Virus record (IMG/VR): IMGVR_UViG_3300034073_002585
Coordinates: 1 to 64,000 of that record
Direction: 5' to 3' (one strand)
Length of the DNA stretch: 64,000 bases
DNA from: a virus
Positions within the stretch are counted from its first letter, which is position 1. Each line of letters opens with the position of its first letter. The position numbers were made by a program, and so were the translations under genes. Below, in pieces: positions 30,937 to 41,946 of the stretch. The notes under the pieces are model-generated. The model did no database searches and was not told the origin of the DNA. It saw nothing but the letters and a program-made list of their open reading frames with translations.

Positions 30937-31677
30937 ATGCATGAGCGCGAAAAAATTAGTTTAGTAGTGTTGGCTGCAGGCCGAGGAACCAGATTTGCTG
31001 GTTCAGATTACACAGAGCACAAGACTTTAATACCAGTAAATGGTGAAAAGATGTCTGTATTTTCTATGAAGAACAGCGTAGAAAATATGAAAGACATGTC
31101 TTTTGACGTGCTATTCCTATCTTCTCCAGAAATTCTTGAAGAAGACGCATCACTGGAAAGTGACGTTAAAGCTGCAGTAGAGGGAGTAAGGTTTGTTGCT
31201 CAGGAAGGCTACCTAAATGGCCCAGGGCAAAGTGCTGGTTATGTTAGAAATTATGTAAGAGCCGAGGCTCCATTATTTTTAGTAAATGCTGACCAGTACG
31301 TAGTCGGTGATTATGTAAACGCACTAGACGAGGTTCTAGACTCTGATGACCTAGATGGAGCTATTCTCTGCTTCAACAGCTCGGAGGACCGCTACTCTTA
31401 TGTTGTAGTGGACGAAAACGGTGTAGCAACTGACATGCAAGAAAAAGTTGTAATCAGTGACACCGCCAGCGCTGGGCTTTGCTTTTGGAAGAAGGCTTCT
31501 GATTTCTATAGTACGCTAGACACCATGGACCTCTCTAAAGAAGTTTTTATTAGTGATGTTCATGCTAAAGCTATTCAAAATGGGAAAAAGTTCAAGGTGG
31601 TTCTACTCGATGCCTTTATCGACATGGGAACCCCTGCGGACTTGGAGGTATTTGACGAAAGATGGGCAGCGCTCTAA
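30937..31677 (+). CDS. Sugar-phosphate nucleotidyltransferase (GT-A fold)
   Basis: VVLAAGRGTRF...K.LI.VNG, NADQ, EKVVISD.A..G, MGTP.DL. Confidence 0.85.
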   Translation: MHEREKISLVVLAAGRGTRFAGSDYTEHKTLIPVNGEKMSVFSMKNSVENMKDMSFDVLFLSSPEILEEDASLESDVKAAVEGVRFVAQEGYLNGPGQSAGYVRNYVRAEAPLFLVNADQYVVGDYVNALDEVLDSDDLDGAILCFNSSEDRYSYVVVDENGVATDMQEKVVISDTASAGLCFWKKASDFYSTLDTMDLSKEVFISDVHAKAIQNGKKFKVVLLDAFIDMGTPADLEVFDERWAAL

Positions 31678-32261
31678 AAGTATTCTTTGTTGGTAATGAT
31701 TCAGTAAAGTCTGAAGTTTTAGCATTAACCAACAAAAGTGGTTTACCAATTGAAGAGGTAGACTTTCCCGACTGTGAAGTATTTATAGATTGTGGAGACT
31801 ATAGCTTCGGTAAACTTATATCTCTAATTGGTAGCGATAAAATTGGCATAAGTGGAGACAAAAAGCTTTTCTATAAGTTTGGTGTAGGAATCATCGAAAG
31901 AGTCCTATTCTGCTCCTCAAAGATGTACCTAAATGCTCTAGCTGCAAGTACAGAAAAAACAAAGTTTTCTTTTGTTAACATGACTTCATCTAACTACAAC
32001 CAATATGACAAAGAAGACTGGAACTCGCTGCCTGAAGTAGACGAGAAGACTTTAGCTAAATTTTTATACCAGGACATGGTTAGGGTAAATCACTTACTTC
32101 ACCCAGAGTACGAAAGCCAAAAGCAGGTAGAGCGAGACAAAAAAGCAATGGCTGCTAAAGAGAATATCTACGCAGTAGCTGCCAAACTTGACTTAGAAGT
32201 AGAGGCTCAGCCCTGTGGTATAGAACCAAAACTTGTAGAGAACGATGAAGTACAGGCCTAA
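31662..32261 (+). CDS. Hypothetical protein
   Basis: Coupled ORF within the operon. Confidence 0.6.
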   Translation: MGSALKVFFVGNDSVKSEVLALTNKSGLPIEEVDFPDCEVFIDCGDYSFGKLISLIGSDKIGISGDKKLFYKFGVGIIERVLFCSSKMYLNALAASTEKTKFSFVNMTSSNYNQYDKEDWNSLPEVDEKTLAKFLYQDMVRVNHLLHPEYESQKQVERDKKAMAAKENIYAVAAKLDLEVEAQPCGIEPKLVENDEVQA

Positions 32262-32784
32262 ATTAATTCCAAAGCCATTTAGTAAAGTGGACATGGATGA
32301 CATCTTTAGGCTTGTCAGAAGTGATGAGTACCAGAGAAAATACTTTGATGGTAGACACTCCAGAGATTTAGCTAGATTTAATGAGCTTGAAGTTTATAAC
32401 CAAAAGCTAGAAAAGATTGCTAGAGAAGTCTTTAATGACCCTACGCTAAAGGGTACTTACAGCGTATATATTGATTACGATAAAAAAGACTCGAATCTAA
32501 CAATGCATAAGGACCAGAACGCTTGCGTCTATACAATTGATTATTGCGTATCGGCTGATTTTGATTGGCCTCTAACTATAGAAGATGAAGATTTTGTCAT
32601 CCCTGTGGGACAAGCAATAGCTTTTATGGGTGGAGATGACCTTCATGGGAGAAAGCCTAAAACCAGAGACGGGAGGGTAGAAAACATAATGTTTCACTTT
32701 TGCCCTGCGGACCACTGGTACTTCACTGAGGGTCCTGACTACATTAAAGTTTTAGCCGCTGAGGGCAAGCTAGCCGAGTATTAG
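32245..32784 (+). CDS. 2OG-Fe(II) oxygenase-like protein
   Basis: HKDQNAC.Y...WPL...HGR...FHF. Confidence 0.75.
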   Translation: MKYRPKLIPKPFSKVDMDDIFRLVRSDEYQRKYFDGRHSRDLARFNELEVYNQKLEKIAREVFNDPTLKGTYSVYIDYDKKDSNLTMHKDQNACVYTIDYCVSADFDWPLTIEDEDFVIPVGQAIAFMGGDDLHGRKPKTRDGRVENIMFHFCPADHWYFTEGPDYIKVLAAEGKLAEY

Positions 32785-33020
32785 TCTTCCCATTCCAGTC
32801 CCCTGGTGTGAGCCCTCCAATATGCAGGGGGAAACTTATCCATCATGTCATCTGCCAACTCTAGGTTTTTATAAACTAAAATGTAGTGGACGCACCTATT
32901 ATCATCAGCTGGAAAACTATCGTGAGTGTGGCAGATGGGAGCTGAGTTCCAACTTCTAGTTATGTCATATGTAAGCCACTCGTCGAAAGTCATCTCTTCT
33001 TTGACTGGCGTTGGTTGCAT
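32781..33020 (-). CDS. Hypothetical protein (paralog of 12283-12537)
   Basis: FDEWL...CHTHD.FP. Confidence 0.7.
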   Translation of the reverse strand: MQPTPVKEEMTFDEWLTYDITRSWNSAPICHTHDSFPADDNRCVHYILVYKNLELADDMMDKFPPAYWRAHTRGLEWED

Positions 33021-33034
33021 GATAGAATTCTATC
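33021..33034. promoter_or_regulatory. Perfect 14-bp palindrome forming a bidirectional leaderless promoter
   Basis: GATAGAATTCTATC puts TAGAAT 6 nt before the start codon on each strand (ATG 33020 minus, GTG 33035 plus). Confidence 0.7.
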
Positions 33035-33577
33035 GTGTTTGAGCCAGTCACCATAGATAATGTTTTCGATAAAGAGGACCTACTGTTCCTCAGACTGATG
33101 CTTGCTGATAAAGATAAGTACTACAGATACTTTTACGACAATAATTGTAAACGCCACATGGGGTATCTAAAAGTTCTAGAAGGCTACTTTGGAAAGAAAC
33201 TAGAACCTCTTGCTAGGAAAATATTCAAAGACGATACTCTACAGACAACCTTTGGGGTTTATTGTAGGTATGACTCCCCAGAATCGTTCTTGCCTGAACA
33301 TAAAGATAAGCATGCCTGTACATACAATATAAGTTATTGTTTATCTCAGGATAAGCCTTGGTATCTAAAGATTGATGGAAAACTATATCAAATAGATGAG
33401 AATGAACTTGTTGCATACTCTGGTACTGATTCCGTTCACGGGAGAGGTCCTATGAGGGAAAGTGAAAACTCTGAAGTAGAGATGTTATTCTTTCATTTTG
33501 CCCCCAAAGATAGCTGGTACTTCGACCATTGCGAGGATTTTAGGTTAGACTATGACTATGTTCCCACTAGTAATTAA
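33035..33577 (+). CDS. 2OG-Fe(II) oxygenase-like protein (paralog of 32245)
   Basis: HKDKHAC.Y...HGR...FFHF. Confidence 0.75.
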   Translation: MFEPVTIDNVFDKEDLLFLRLMLADKDKYYRYFYDNNCKRHMGYLKVLEGYFGKKLEPLARKIFKDDTLQTTFGVYCRYDSPESFLPEHKDKHACTYNISYCLSQDKPWYLKIDGKLYQIDENELVAYSGTDSVHGRGPMRESENSEVEMLFFHFAPKDSWYFDHCEDFRLDYDYVPTSN

Positions 33578-34232
33578 AAACTTTGTGTCTAAAGAGGATG
33601 CAGAAACTATAATTAAGCATCTTGACCCGAAAACTCAGGAAACTCCGCGAGAGGGTATTGCTGTAGCTTTGGGCTGGAGAAACTCTATTGAGGCAAAAAA
33701 AGCTGGCATTTTTGAGCCAGTATGCGGTGACCTCCCTAAAGATGTTTCAGACATGTTAGACGATGTGTTTAACAGAACTAAAAGTAAATTTGAAGAAGTA
33801 TTTGGGCATGAGGCAGCTTTAACTCAGGCTAACTACCAAAACATGACTATCGGCGGTAAAAATGATTTACACTCTGACACCACTAACTTAGATGGAACTC
33901 CGCTACAACCAGACGGGACTCCTGAAGAGATGGAGTGGTCTGGCCTCATCTACTTAAATGATGCAAAGACAGACTACGAAGGCGGAGCTATAGTCTTCCC
34001 AAAGCAGGGCGTAGAGCTGTACCCAGAGACAGGAGATTTTGTACTATTTCCTGGGGACATAGACCACGTGCATCTTGTCACTACGGTAACTTCTGGTGAG
34101 CGCAAGAATCTAGTGTTTTTCTACGGAAGACCTGAAAACGTTGGCTCAGAGAAAAGTTTTTACAATTGGCAGGACCTCCCTCCAGAAGAGCAAGAAAGAA
34201 TCAGGAGAGAGTCTGGAAATGTCAACAATTAA
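33552..34232 (+). CDS. 2OG-Fe(II) oxygenase, prolyl-4-hydroxylase-like (paralog of 28356)
   Basis: HSD, WSGLIYLND...YEGG, HLVTTVTSGER. Confidence 0.9.
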   Translation: MTMFPLVIKNFVSKEDAETIIKHLDPKTQETPREGIAVALGWRNSIEAKKAGIFEPVCGDLPKDVSDMLDDVFNRTKSKFEEVFGHEAALTQANYQNMTIGGKNDLHSDTTNLDGTPLQPDGTPEEMEWSGLIYLNDAKTDYEGGAIVFPKQGVELYPETGDFVLFPGDIDHVHLVTTVTSGERKNLVFFYGRPENVGSEKSFYNWQDLPPEEQERIRRESGNVNN

Positions 34233-34917
34233 GTTTAGAGATGATGTAACCGTTGAACTTGTCCAATGGATGGGTGATGATGCCAGTGTAGTTAAAGCTG
34301 CACGAGTGTCTACTGGTGGTGGAACTTCTACTCCTGAAAAAGATAATGGGCTAATTAACTATTTAATGCGTGACCGCCACGGCACTCCTTTCGAGCACAA
34401 TGGCTTTACGTTCTACATCGAGGCACCTATCTTTGTTTTTCGTGAGTTCATGCGTCACAGGATTGCCTCATACAATGAGGAAAGTGGGCGCTACAAAAAA
34501 CTGGAGCCAGTATTCTATGTCCCAGATGAGAATCGTGGACTTATTCAGTCTGGCAAGCCAGGAGCCTATGAGTTCTATCAAGGCTCTCATAACCAGTGGC
34601 TAACGGTAAAGCAGGAGACAATCGAAGCTTGCAGGAAGTCATATGAAGCTTATGAGAACATGCTAGACGCGGGTATTGCTAGGGAAGTAGCTCGTGGAGT
34701 TCTCCCAGTAAATCTATACTCATCTATGTTTGTCACGATGAATGCCCGTGCTTTGATGAACTTCTTGAGCCTGAGGACTAAGCGTGATGGTACGCACTTC
34801 CCTAGTTTCCCTCAGCGAGAGATTGAGATGGTTGCGGAGAAGATGGAAGAGCTGTGGGCCAAGAAGATGCCTGTTACCTACGACTTATTCAACCAGCATG
34901 GTAGAGTAGCTCCATAA
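34219..34917 (+). CDS. thyX: Flavin-dependent thymidylate synthase
   Basis: AARVS, HGTPFEH, RHRIASYNEESGRY. Confidence 0.97.
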   Translation: MSTIKFRDDVTVELVQWMGDDASVVKAARVSTGGGTSTPEKDNGLINYLMRDRHGTPFEHNGFTFYIEAPIFVFREFMRHRIASYNEESGRYKKLEPVFYVPDENRGLIQSGKPGAYEFYQGSHNQWLTVKQETIEACRKSYEAYENMLDAGIAREVARGVLPVNLYSSMFVTMNARALMNFLSLRTKRDGTHFPSFPQREIEMVAEKMEELWAKKMPVTYDLFNQHGRVAP

Positions 34918-35681
34918 TGGATAAGAACGACTTTACACCTGAAGACATGGACCTCTTTACTCACAGCATTGCTGCTGTAATTGAGAAGCAAGAGGGAGCC
35001 TATAAAGCTATTAGTGCTTTAGTTGACGCTGCAGGGGAGTCATGGTTTGAGCTTGGTGAAAAGCTTGAGCGAAATAGGACCCTAGAAATACTTGACAGTT
35101 TTGAAGCAAAGCTAGTAGACTCTGAGGAAGATGCAAAAATGACGATTGCAATTCTTAGAAAGTTGATTTCAGATGGCGGGCAAGAAGAAGACGGAGCAGG
35201 AGAGTAAGTCTCCTAAAATAAAGCGGGTATTCAAGCCCGAACGTTGTACTAGCCACAAGTTTATTGTCGAATCTGATGGCCGCGTTGATATGGCCGCATC
35301 CCATGAAGTTACTGACGATTCAATTTGTTTTAATTGTGGACTTTACTTTTCTACTTGGACATGGTACAGTAACAAAATAAACGCAAGTTTTTGGAAGGGT
35401 GTCGACAATGAAGCTGGTCAGACGATTAATTACATCGCTCAGGACTTGGACTCAAACCTGGATAGACTTGCAAGCGATTGGGGAGCCAATCTACTCGAAA
35501 AGCTCCGAGAGAAAAGGAAGAAAAATGGAAAACGAATTCAACTATTCGACTGACCAGATGGCTGAGATTTTTGCTCGGCTAGAGGTTGCCAAGCTTCTTA
35601 TGAAGATGGGGTCAGATATGGCTAAGCAGGTCGAGACTGATATTAAGTTTTATCGAATGACCAATAATATGGGAATTGAAG

Positions 35682-35906
35682 ATGAGTAATGGGCCGCTCG
35701 TCACTATCGGTGATGCAGCCAAAATGGGAAACATTCACCGCGAGACTATCCGCAAATACATTGAGGCTGGATACCTAAAGACTTATATGGACGGATTTAT
35801 GGTCTACTACAGAGACGTACTTCGAGCTTCTAGAATTGCTGACCAAAAGCACAAGGCTAGCTCGGGGAAAGCGAGCAAAAACTACGGGAAGAGAAAGGAA
35901 GCCTAG
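35682..35906 (+). CDS. Excisionase/MerR-like HTH protein
   Basis: VTIGDAAKMGNIHRETIRKYIEAG.L. Confidence 0.7.
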   Translation: MSNGPLVTIGDAAKMGNIHRETIRKYIEAGYLKTYMDGFMVYYRDVLRASRIADQKHKASSGKASKNYGKRKEA

Positions 35907-36901
35907 TTATGGAAGACTTTATGAGAGACACTTTGGGGTCTGCGTGGGCGTACTACGTTGCGTTTGGCATCTTATTTATTTGGTGGATTGCAGAGAAAAC
36001 TAATAGAAAAAAGTAAGTTAACTATGAGATGGCAAGAAGAGTTAAACGCCAAGCGCCTTAAGACGAAGGGCTGGTATGGGTGCATCGCACCTGATGGCTG
36101 GAAGTGGATTATTGAAGATGCTGACAGGATACTGGCCAAGCTGGACCCTGAGTATGAGATTCACCAGGTCAAGGAAAAATTCGGAACGCTTCGCTATTAC
36201 TACGGAACCGTGGCTGATTGGGAAACTCAGGAGGTAATGGACGCCGTTATTGATAGAGCAGAGATGCTGTCGGCAAAGACATGCGATGTGTGCGGGAATT
36301 CGAGTGCAATGTCTAATTTGGATAGAGGGATTAAGTATGACCCTACTGCTGTACTTAAATCCACTGGTGGATGGTACAAGACTATCTGCGACAGCTGTGA
36401 TACTGAGGGTAGATACGTTAGCGTAGACGCCCTTAATGACAGAGCGCAATACGACGACCTAGAGTTTTATGCTGAGAAAGCAAGGGAGCAAGTTCAGGAG
36501 GGGCAGGATATTCTGGACGTGTTTCTAGCGATTGCAAAGAAAGACATGCTAGATGAAGATTAAGAATGGTGCTGCTCGGAACTCAATGAGCGAGTTTGAA
36601 CGCCAATGTTATGACTGGGGTTGGCGGGATGCCGAAGCTGAGGTAGTTAAGTATCTAAAGGAACGAGCTGAGGACCTTAGGGCATGCCACAAGAATGACA
36701 GTTGTTCAGATATTGCGTACGTTCTTGAGGGATGTATCGAGGATATTCAGGAAAATGTGGATACCGATTTTCAGGAAAACCTGAAAAGTGACCTGCCCGA
36801 TTATCACTGCCCGTCGTGCAGAGATATAAGTTGTATGCACTGTTTTTGCGTAGGACCTACAGCCTGTGAGTCTTGTAAAGAGTTTTCTGAAAAGGAGCTA
36901 G

Positions 36902-37081
36902 ATGAGTGACGAACTAGAAGAAGGCTACAAGCATCTTGCTAATGACCCTAAATTTGTTAGACCTAATAGAGGTAAGCACCACTGCGGATTTGACTTTGAA
37001 CTTGACAAAATGACTGCAGTATGTAAGTGTGGAGCTATAGCAACAAATCCGTTGTGGATAATCAAAGGAGAGCAGAAGTGA
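36902..37081 (+). CDS. Cassette mini-gene 1 (59 aa, ends IIKGEQK)
   Basis: MSDELEEGYKHLANDP...CKCG...WIIKGEQK; not in the ORF track. Confidence 0.7.
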   Translation: MSDELEEGYKHLANDPKFVRPNRGKHHCGFDFELDKMTAVCKCGAIATNPLWIIKGEQK

Positions 37082-37251
37082 GCAGAGAGGAACACCTAAC
37101 TGAAATGATTCGCCTTGAACAAGAGATTGTTCAGGAAAACGAGAGTCACGAATGGGCTGGCTTTGACTCAGGTTGGACAGACTGCACTTGTGGCGCAACT
37201 GTTGCCGACTTAGAGAAACACATTGAACAAATCAAAGGAGAGCAGAAGTGA
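37078..37251 (+). CDS. Cassette mini-gene 2 (57 aa, ends QIKGEQK)
   Basis: GTG start inside the repeat, AAGGAG SD. Confidence 0.7.
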   Translation: MSREEHLTEMIRLEQEIVQENESHEWAGFDSGWTDCTCGATVADLEKHIEQIKGEQK

Positions 37252-37391
37252 AACTTCACTATCACAAGCAACGCTGGCTGAAGTCCCAACGCAAAAAGCA
37301 AATCCTTAGCCTGTTCATTCCAATTGGTGGCGGCATTGGTCTAGTGGTATTAGGGCACGAAATCGCACTAATCAAAGGAGAGCAGAAGTGA
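37248..37391 (+). CDS. Cassette mini-gene 3 (47 aa, hydrophobic segment, ends IALIKGEQK)
   Basis: MKLHYHKQRWLKSQRKKQILSLFIPIGGGIGLVVLGHEIALIKGEQK; not in the ORF track. Confidence 0.7.
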   Translation: MKLHYHKQRWLKSQRKKQILSLFIPIGGGIGLVVLGHEIALIKGEQK

Positions 37392-37588
37392 CTGGCTCAG
37401 GAGCGAGGGCAAGGCAAAAGGCTAAGCGTGAAGCATGGCTAAAAAACATGCCATACCCTGGATTCACCTGCAAGGTTTGCAAACATGAGGACATGATGCA
37501 CTTTATGTGGGCAGGTTATTGCATTTTAGAAAACTGTGATTGCAAGAGTATGGATGGCATCGCACTAATCAAAGGAGAGCAGAAGTGA
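37388..37588 (+). CDS. Cassette mini-gene 4 (66 aa, Zn-finger-like, ends IALIKGEQK)
   Basis: CKVCKH...H...C...CDC. Confidence 0.7.
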   Translation: MTGSGARARQKAKREAWLKNMPYPGFTCKVCKHEDMMHFMWAGYCILENCDCKSMDGIALIKGEQK

Positions 37589-37734
37589 ATCCAGAAGACA
37601 TTGCAAAAATGATTGACGCAGTTGCTGCATATGGCGAACTGCTTGGCGGTATGAAAAAGAAGTTTATTGCAGAGGGATTCTCTGAGGAGACGGCAGAAGC
37701 TTTGGTTGTAGAGATTCTAAGGAAGATGAGCTAA
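37585..37734 (+). CDS. Small protein starting from the last junction repeat
   Basis: MNPEDIAKMID...GFSEETAEALV. Confidence 0.7.
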   Translation: MNPEDIAKMIDAVAAYGELLGGMKKKFIAEGFSEETAEALVVEILRKMS

Positions 37735-40468
37735 TGAGTTTTGAAAGATTTGCTAGCTCTGACATTTACATCTATGAGCATGTAGGCGGGTTTATCGAGT
37801 GCTGTGGATGCTCGATGGCTTTGCCAGATGATTTGGATATGTTTGGATTTGCCCACCTGAAAACTCCGCGTGAGGCGTTGGCGCACTTGGATTTGCATGA
37901 GGAGCGAGGCGACGACATCGGTGGAGCTAGGCGTAGAATTGAAAAAGAGTACGAAGATTTAGACGCGCCTATTGAACCTTACGTAAGGTCAGAGGAAGAT
38001 GAAGCTAGAATTAGAGCGATAATGAAGGATAGGTGGAATGCCAGAGAAGAAGACTCACACGGTTAAAGAGGTAGATAGGCTTACCGCTGAAAGTGTTATT
38101 GAGGGTTTTTGTATTGCATATGATGCGATGGATAAAACTCTTGACCAGATGATGCGTGGCATTAGTGAGACCATGAGCATCTACATGAGGGAAGACCTAA
38201 ACAGGTATAAGGACAAGGTCGATGAGCTACACCTTATGTATACGGTTTTGCAGGCAGTAGCTGAAAAGTATGAGGGAATCCACTACGAGAAGCTTCAGCA
38301 GTTGAAGTCGGACTTGAACATTGATGATAATTAAGACTGCTACTGGTTCTTGTTATGAAATTGATGAGCGTGGTATCTGCCGCAAGTTCGACAGTGAGGG
38401 CCGTGGAATAGACGCCTTTAAAGCTTTAATGATAAAAGGTGTGCCTAAAGATGTACAAACTTTTGCTGGAGCAATAGAAGCGCCGTTTTGTGAACCAGAA
38501 GTTGGTATGAGATTGTATGCAGCTGGTATTGATGGTTGGTGGTTGAGTACTGAGATTGTAGAGATTCTATCCGAAGAAGCCTGGCCACCACGTCGATTTA
38601 GAGATGCGAGCAACGGCGAATGATGTGGGCCATTTACTCTGGTGAAACTCCCTTTATATTGGGAGAAAATCTGCAAGACTTAACTCGTACTTGTGACGAG
38701 TTAAATAGTAAACTAGACTTTGAATTCACCATAAAAGAATGGATTGTGAATGGCTGATTGGGAACTAGACCCTGAGGATTACATAACTCTTCGTGATGAA
38801 GTCATTGAAGAATATGAAATTGACTGGTCAAATGGCATCAGTAATGATGAGATGACCCAAGAAGACTTTGACCGTCTATCAGAACTCCACGATAAAAAGC
38901 TAGTTTGGACTGAGCATGGGACCTGCGAGGACAACTGGCTAGCTGCTGGATTTACCCAGTATGGAGAATGCGAGCTGCTTGGGCACGAGTCGAGTGGTTG
39001 TGGTTGTTGGCAGTCTTACTCTTACTATGTGGCAAAGAAACCTTGGGTAAATGAAAATGAGCACGTACTTGTAACTGCAACGTTGCCTTGCTCTGTCTGC
39101 AATCCTGACGGAGACGGTGATGGCGTTGAAGGATGTGAAGGTCCAGAGGTGCCTGAGGGTGCAGATAGGTCCGAATGTTCATTCGGCACTATTAATTGGT
39201 ATTTCGACTAGGATAAACTAAGTACCGTTGTTTAGGAGGAACATGAAAATTATAGTTAATAAGTGTAACCACGGGTTCACTTTGTCTGAAGCTCAGAAGG
39301 AGCTGTTCCCAGACGGATATGTTGACAGAACAGACCCTCGCCTAATTGCTTCATTTGAAGCGGGAGATAATCGTGGAGATGGTGGTTCTACCTTAGTTTT
39401 AATGGAAATCCCTGATGAAGCTGATGGCTACCACATTGTAGAGAACGATGGAATAGAAACTCTCTACTGGATGTCTGGGTCTACCTTAACTGAAGTTGGT
39501 TAGACTTAGCTATGTCAGTTGAAGCTGTAGGAGAAACTTCCTGGGTAGATGACTACGGTCACATCATTGTAAATGTGCATAAGCGCAATCAGTGTAAGAA
39601 TGACTACTGCACAATTCACAATCAATCTAAACACCACATGGTTGAGTTCCCTCAGCGGTGGCGTCAAGATAAGCATATGATGGAACGAATTTGTCCACAC
39701 GGTGTGGGTCACCCTGACCCAGATGAGATATCATTGGACACGGTCCATGGGTGTGATGGGTGTTGTTCAGATGAGTTATGACGACGGATACGAGACTATA
39801 GAAATATCTGAAGAAGATATGTCTGAGGCTCAGAAGCTTATAGTAGAAGGCTTTATTCGTGAAGGTGAGTTCAAGACTAGAGCTGCTTTAATTAATATGC
39901 TAATCAAAGACATAGATTCTTATCTAGATGAAGTTGACTATGAACCTAATCTAGACTGGGTAAACGGTGTTCGTTATGCCATCCACATAATAAGAGAGGC
40001 CAAGCTTAATGGACTCGCAGGAGACTGAAAGATTTTTATATAGGTTTGAATATTATGAACCTGAAGATAACCGTACGTATGTAGACTGGATTTGGCTAAC
40101 TCATGAAGAGCTTAAAGACCATAAATCTAGCTACAATGAAGTAAAAATTCGTTTAGCCACAGAAGACGAGTCAGACCTCTATAACGAAGCCTATGCAGAC
40201 GGCTATGGTATAGCTGCAATGATGGAGTTTGAGTCTCAATACGACGGAATTACTTTCAGGGTTGAGTTGGGTAAAGATGGTCAACTCGACATGAATGGTA
40301 AAAAGATGTTTGAGTGCGCCATCTGTGAGAAGCATAAAGACTTTGAAACTGAAGTAGGAACTGCTGCTGGTCTATATTTGGGTGAAGTAAAGAATGACAA
40401 ATTGTGGCATGTGTGCTACGACTGTGCAGAAAACGCCGCTATGTTAAGGGCAATAGAGGATTCCATAG

Positions 40469-40747
40469 ATGACACTGAAGAACCGAGCTAAAAGAATTGC
40501 TGCTCCATATTTAGCTCAGTACAAGCGTTCGCCAGCCTGGGTTAAGGTCGCGACAGTAACACTGATTACACTTATTCTTTTACCAGACCCTTTTGATTGG
40601 TTTCCAGGAATAGCCTTCCTTGACGAGGTTATGTACGCTACTATACTCTTAAAGCTTCTTCATAAATATGGCGCTTTGCCTCACGAGGAGAAGAAGAGTG
40701 CTAAAGATTTGATTAAGGAGATATTCGAGAAAGATGAAGCTAGATGA
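40469..40747 (+). CDS. DUF1232/YkvA-like membrane protein
   Basis: LLPDPFDWFPGIAFLDE. Confidence 0.6.
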   Translation: MTLKNRAKRIAAPYLAQYKRSPAWVKVATVTLITLILLPDPFDWFPGIAFLDEVMYATILLKLLHKYGALPHEEKKSAKDLIKEIFEKDEAR

Positions 40748-41021
40748 TTTTAAGACGATTGCACACAGCTACTACGACTTTGCAGAAGATGTTCTCGTCA
40801 AAAAGCAAAACGACTACGGTCCTACTAATATTAGCCGCAGTCCTGGCGGCCCCCTTAATGGTCTTCGTGTTCGCATACATGATAAGGTATCAAGGATTAA
40901 CCATCTTATCGACTCGGGCGCAACGCCAGAAAACGAAAGCCTAAAGGACTCTTTTCTAGACTTGGCTAACTACAGCATTATTGCGATGATGGTATTGGAT
41001 GGCGAATGGCCAGAAAAGTAA
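40734..41021 (+). CDS. DUF1599 (nucleotide-modification-associated domain 1)-like protein
   Basis: KKQNDYG...RIHDKVSRI...ESLKDSFLDLANYSII. Confidence 0.75.
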   Translation: MKLDDFKTIAHSYYDFAEDVLVKKQNDYGPTNISRSPGGPLNGLRVRIHDKVSRINHLIDSGATPENESLKDSFLDLANYSIIAMMVLDGEWPEK

Positions 41022-41946
41022 ACGTATCTTACGAAAGCCTTCGCCAAGAGGGACGCGAAGAAGTTCTTGACTGGTTAGTTAAGAATGAGGTAATTGCCTA
41101 CAGTAAACCAGAAAACAGCTACTTTGTTTGGAATAGGCACACCGAGTGGTTACTGATGCTTCCCTGGAAAAAGGATGAATCCAAATAGCACTTAGTAGAC
41201 GTTGGTACGATTGTATAAGTAAAAACGTCGAAAGGCATTTATGGTTATGCATCCCCCTGCATTTGCATCTCAAAAAGAGGAGCAAGACAAGTGGAACGAA
41301 GGCTTTGTAGCTGGAGTTAAGGAAGTCCTACATGAGCTTGAGTCTAAACTTGACCCTAATGACCATGAAGGCCCTACCCGTAAATGGGTAGAAGAAACTT
41401 CTGCCAAACTTTTAAATAAGTACGCCTAGGCCCCTGATGGGGACACCCTTTAAAAATAATGACGTCCCCGAGCTGCTCGGTAAGTTCGTACACTTTGCTT
41501 CACCTAAATTCCCTAGTGACCCTCCATGTGTAAATGGTGAGGTAAAATATATACAAGCATCTAAAGAACCTCACGTAGTTTATTTAGAGCCTTTTGGTCA
41601 GAACTATTTGGTGCGAGTTGATGTACACTGTTACGAAATAGCCGAAAGGATTGCGGAACATGAGCAGCATTCGAGCCACTGAACGTCAGATGCGAAAGCT
41701 CCAGACTCAGCGTCATTTATATGACATTAAGATGATGGTCCTTGGTAATCCTCTATTTAAGAACCTGTCTGAGCGTGACCAGAAGAAACTTGTAAAGCTT
41801 ATCTATAAAGCTGAAATGATGGAAACTTATATGCGTGATAAGCAGATTATCCGTATTAACGATGACTTTGAAAGTATTGTCCAGAACGTAGCCGACATGC
41901 TAAATGATGCTATGCAGCAAGATGATGATGAAGAAGGCGAACGCTA

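Larger units (their letters stand above)
37060..37588 (+). repeat. Four identical 22-bp gene-junction repeats AATCAAAGGAGAGCAGAAGTGA
   Basis: At 37060-37081, 37230-37251, 37370-37391 and 37567-37588; the last two share 30 bp. Confidence 0.95.

Noticed and set aside
37060-37588. CRISPR array
   Set aside because: Spacers are 118-175 bp, unequal and protein-coding; the repeat is not palindromic; no cas genes
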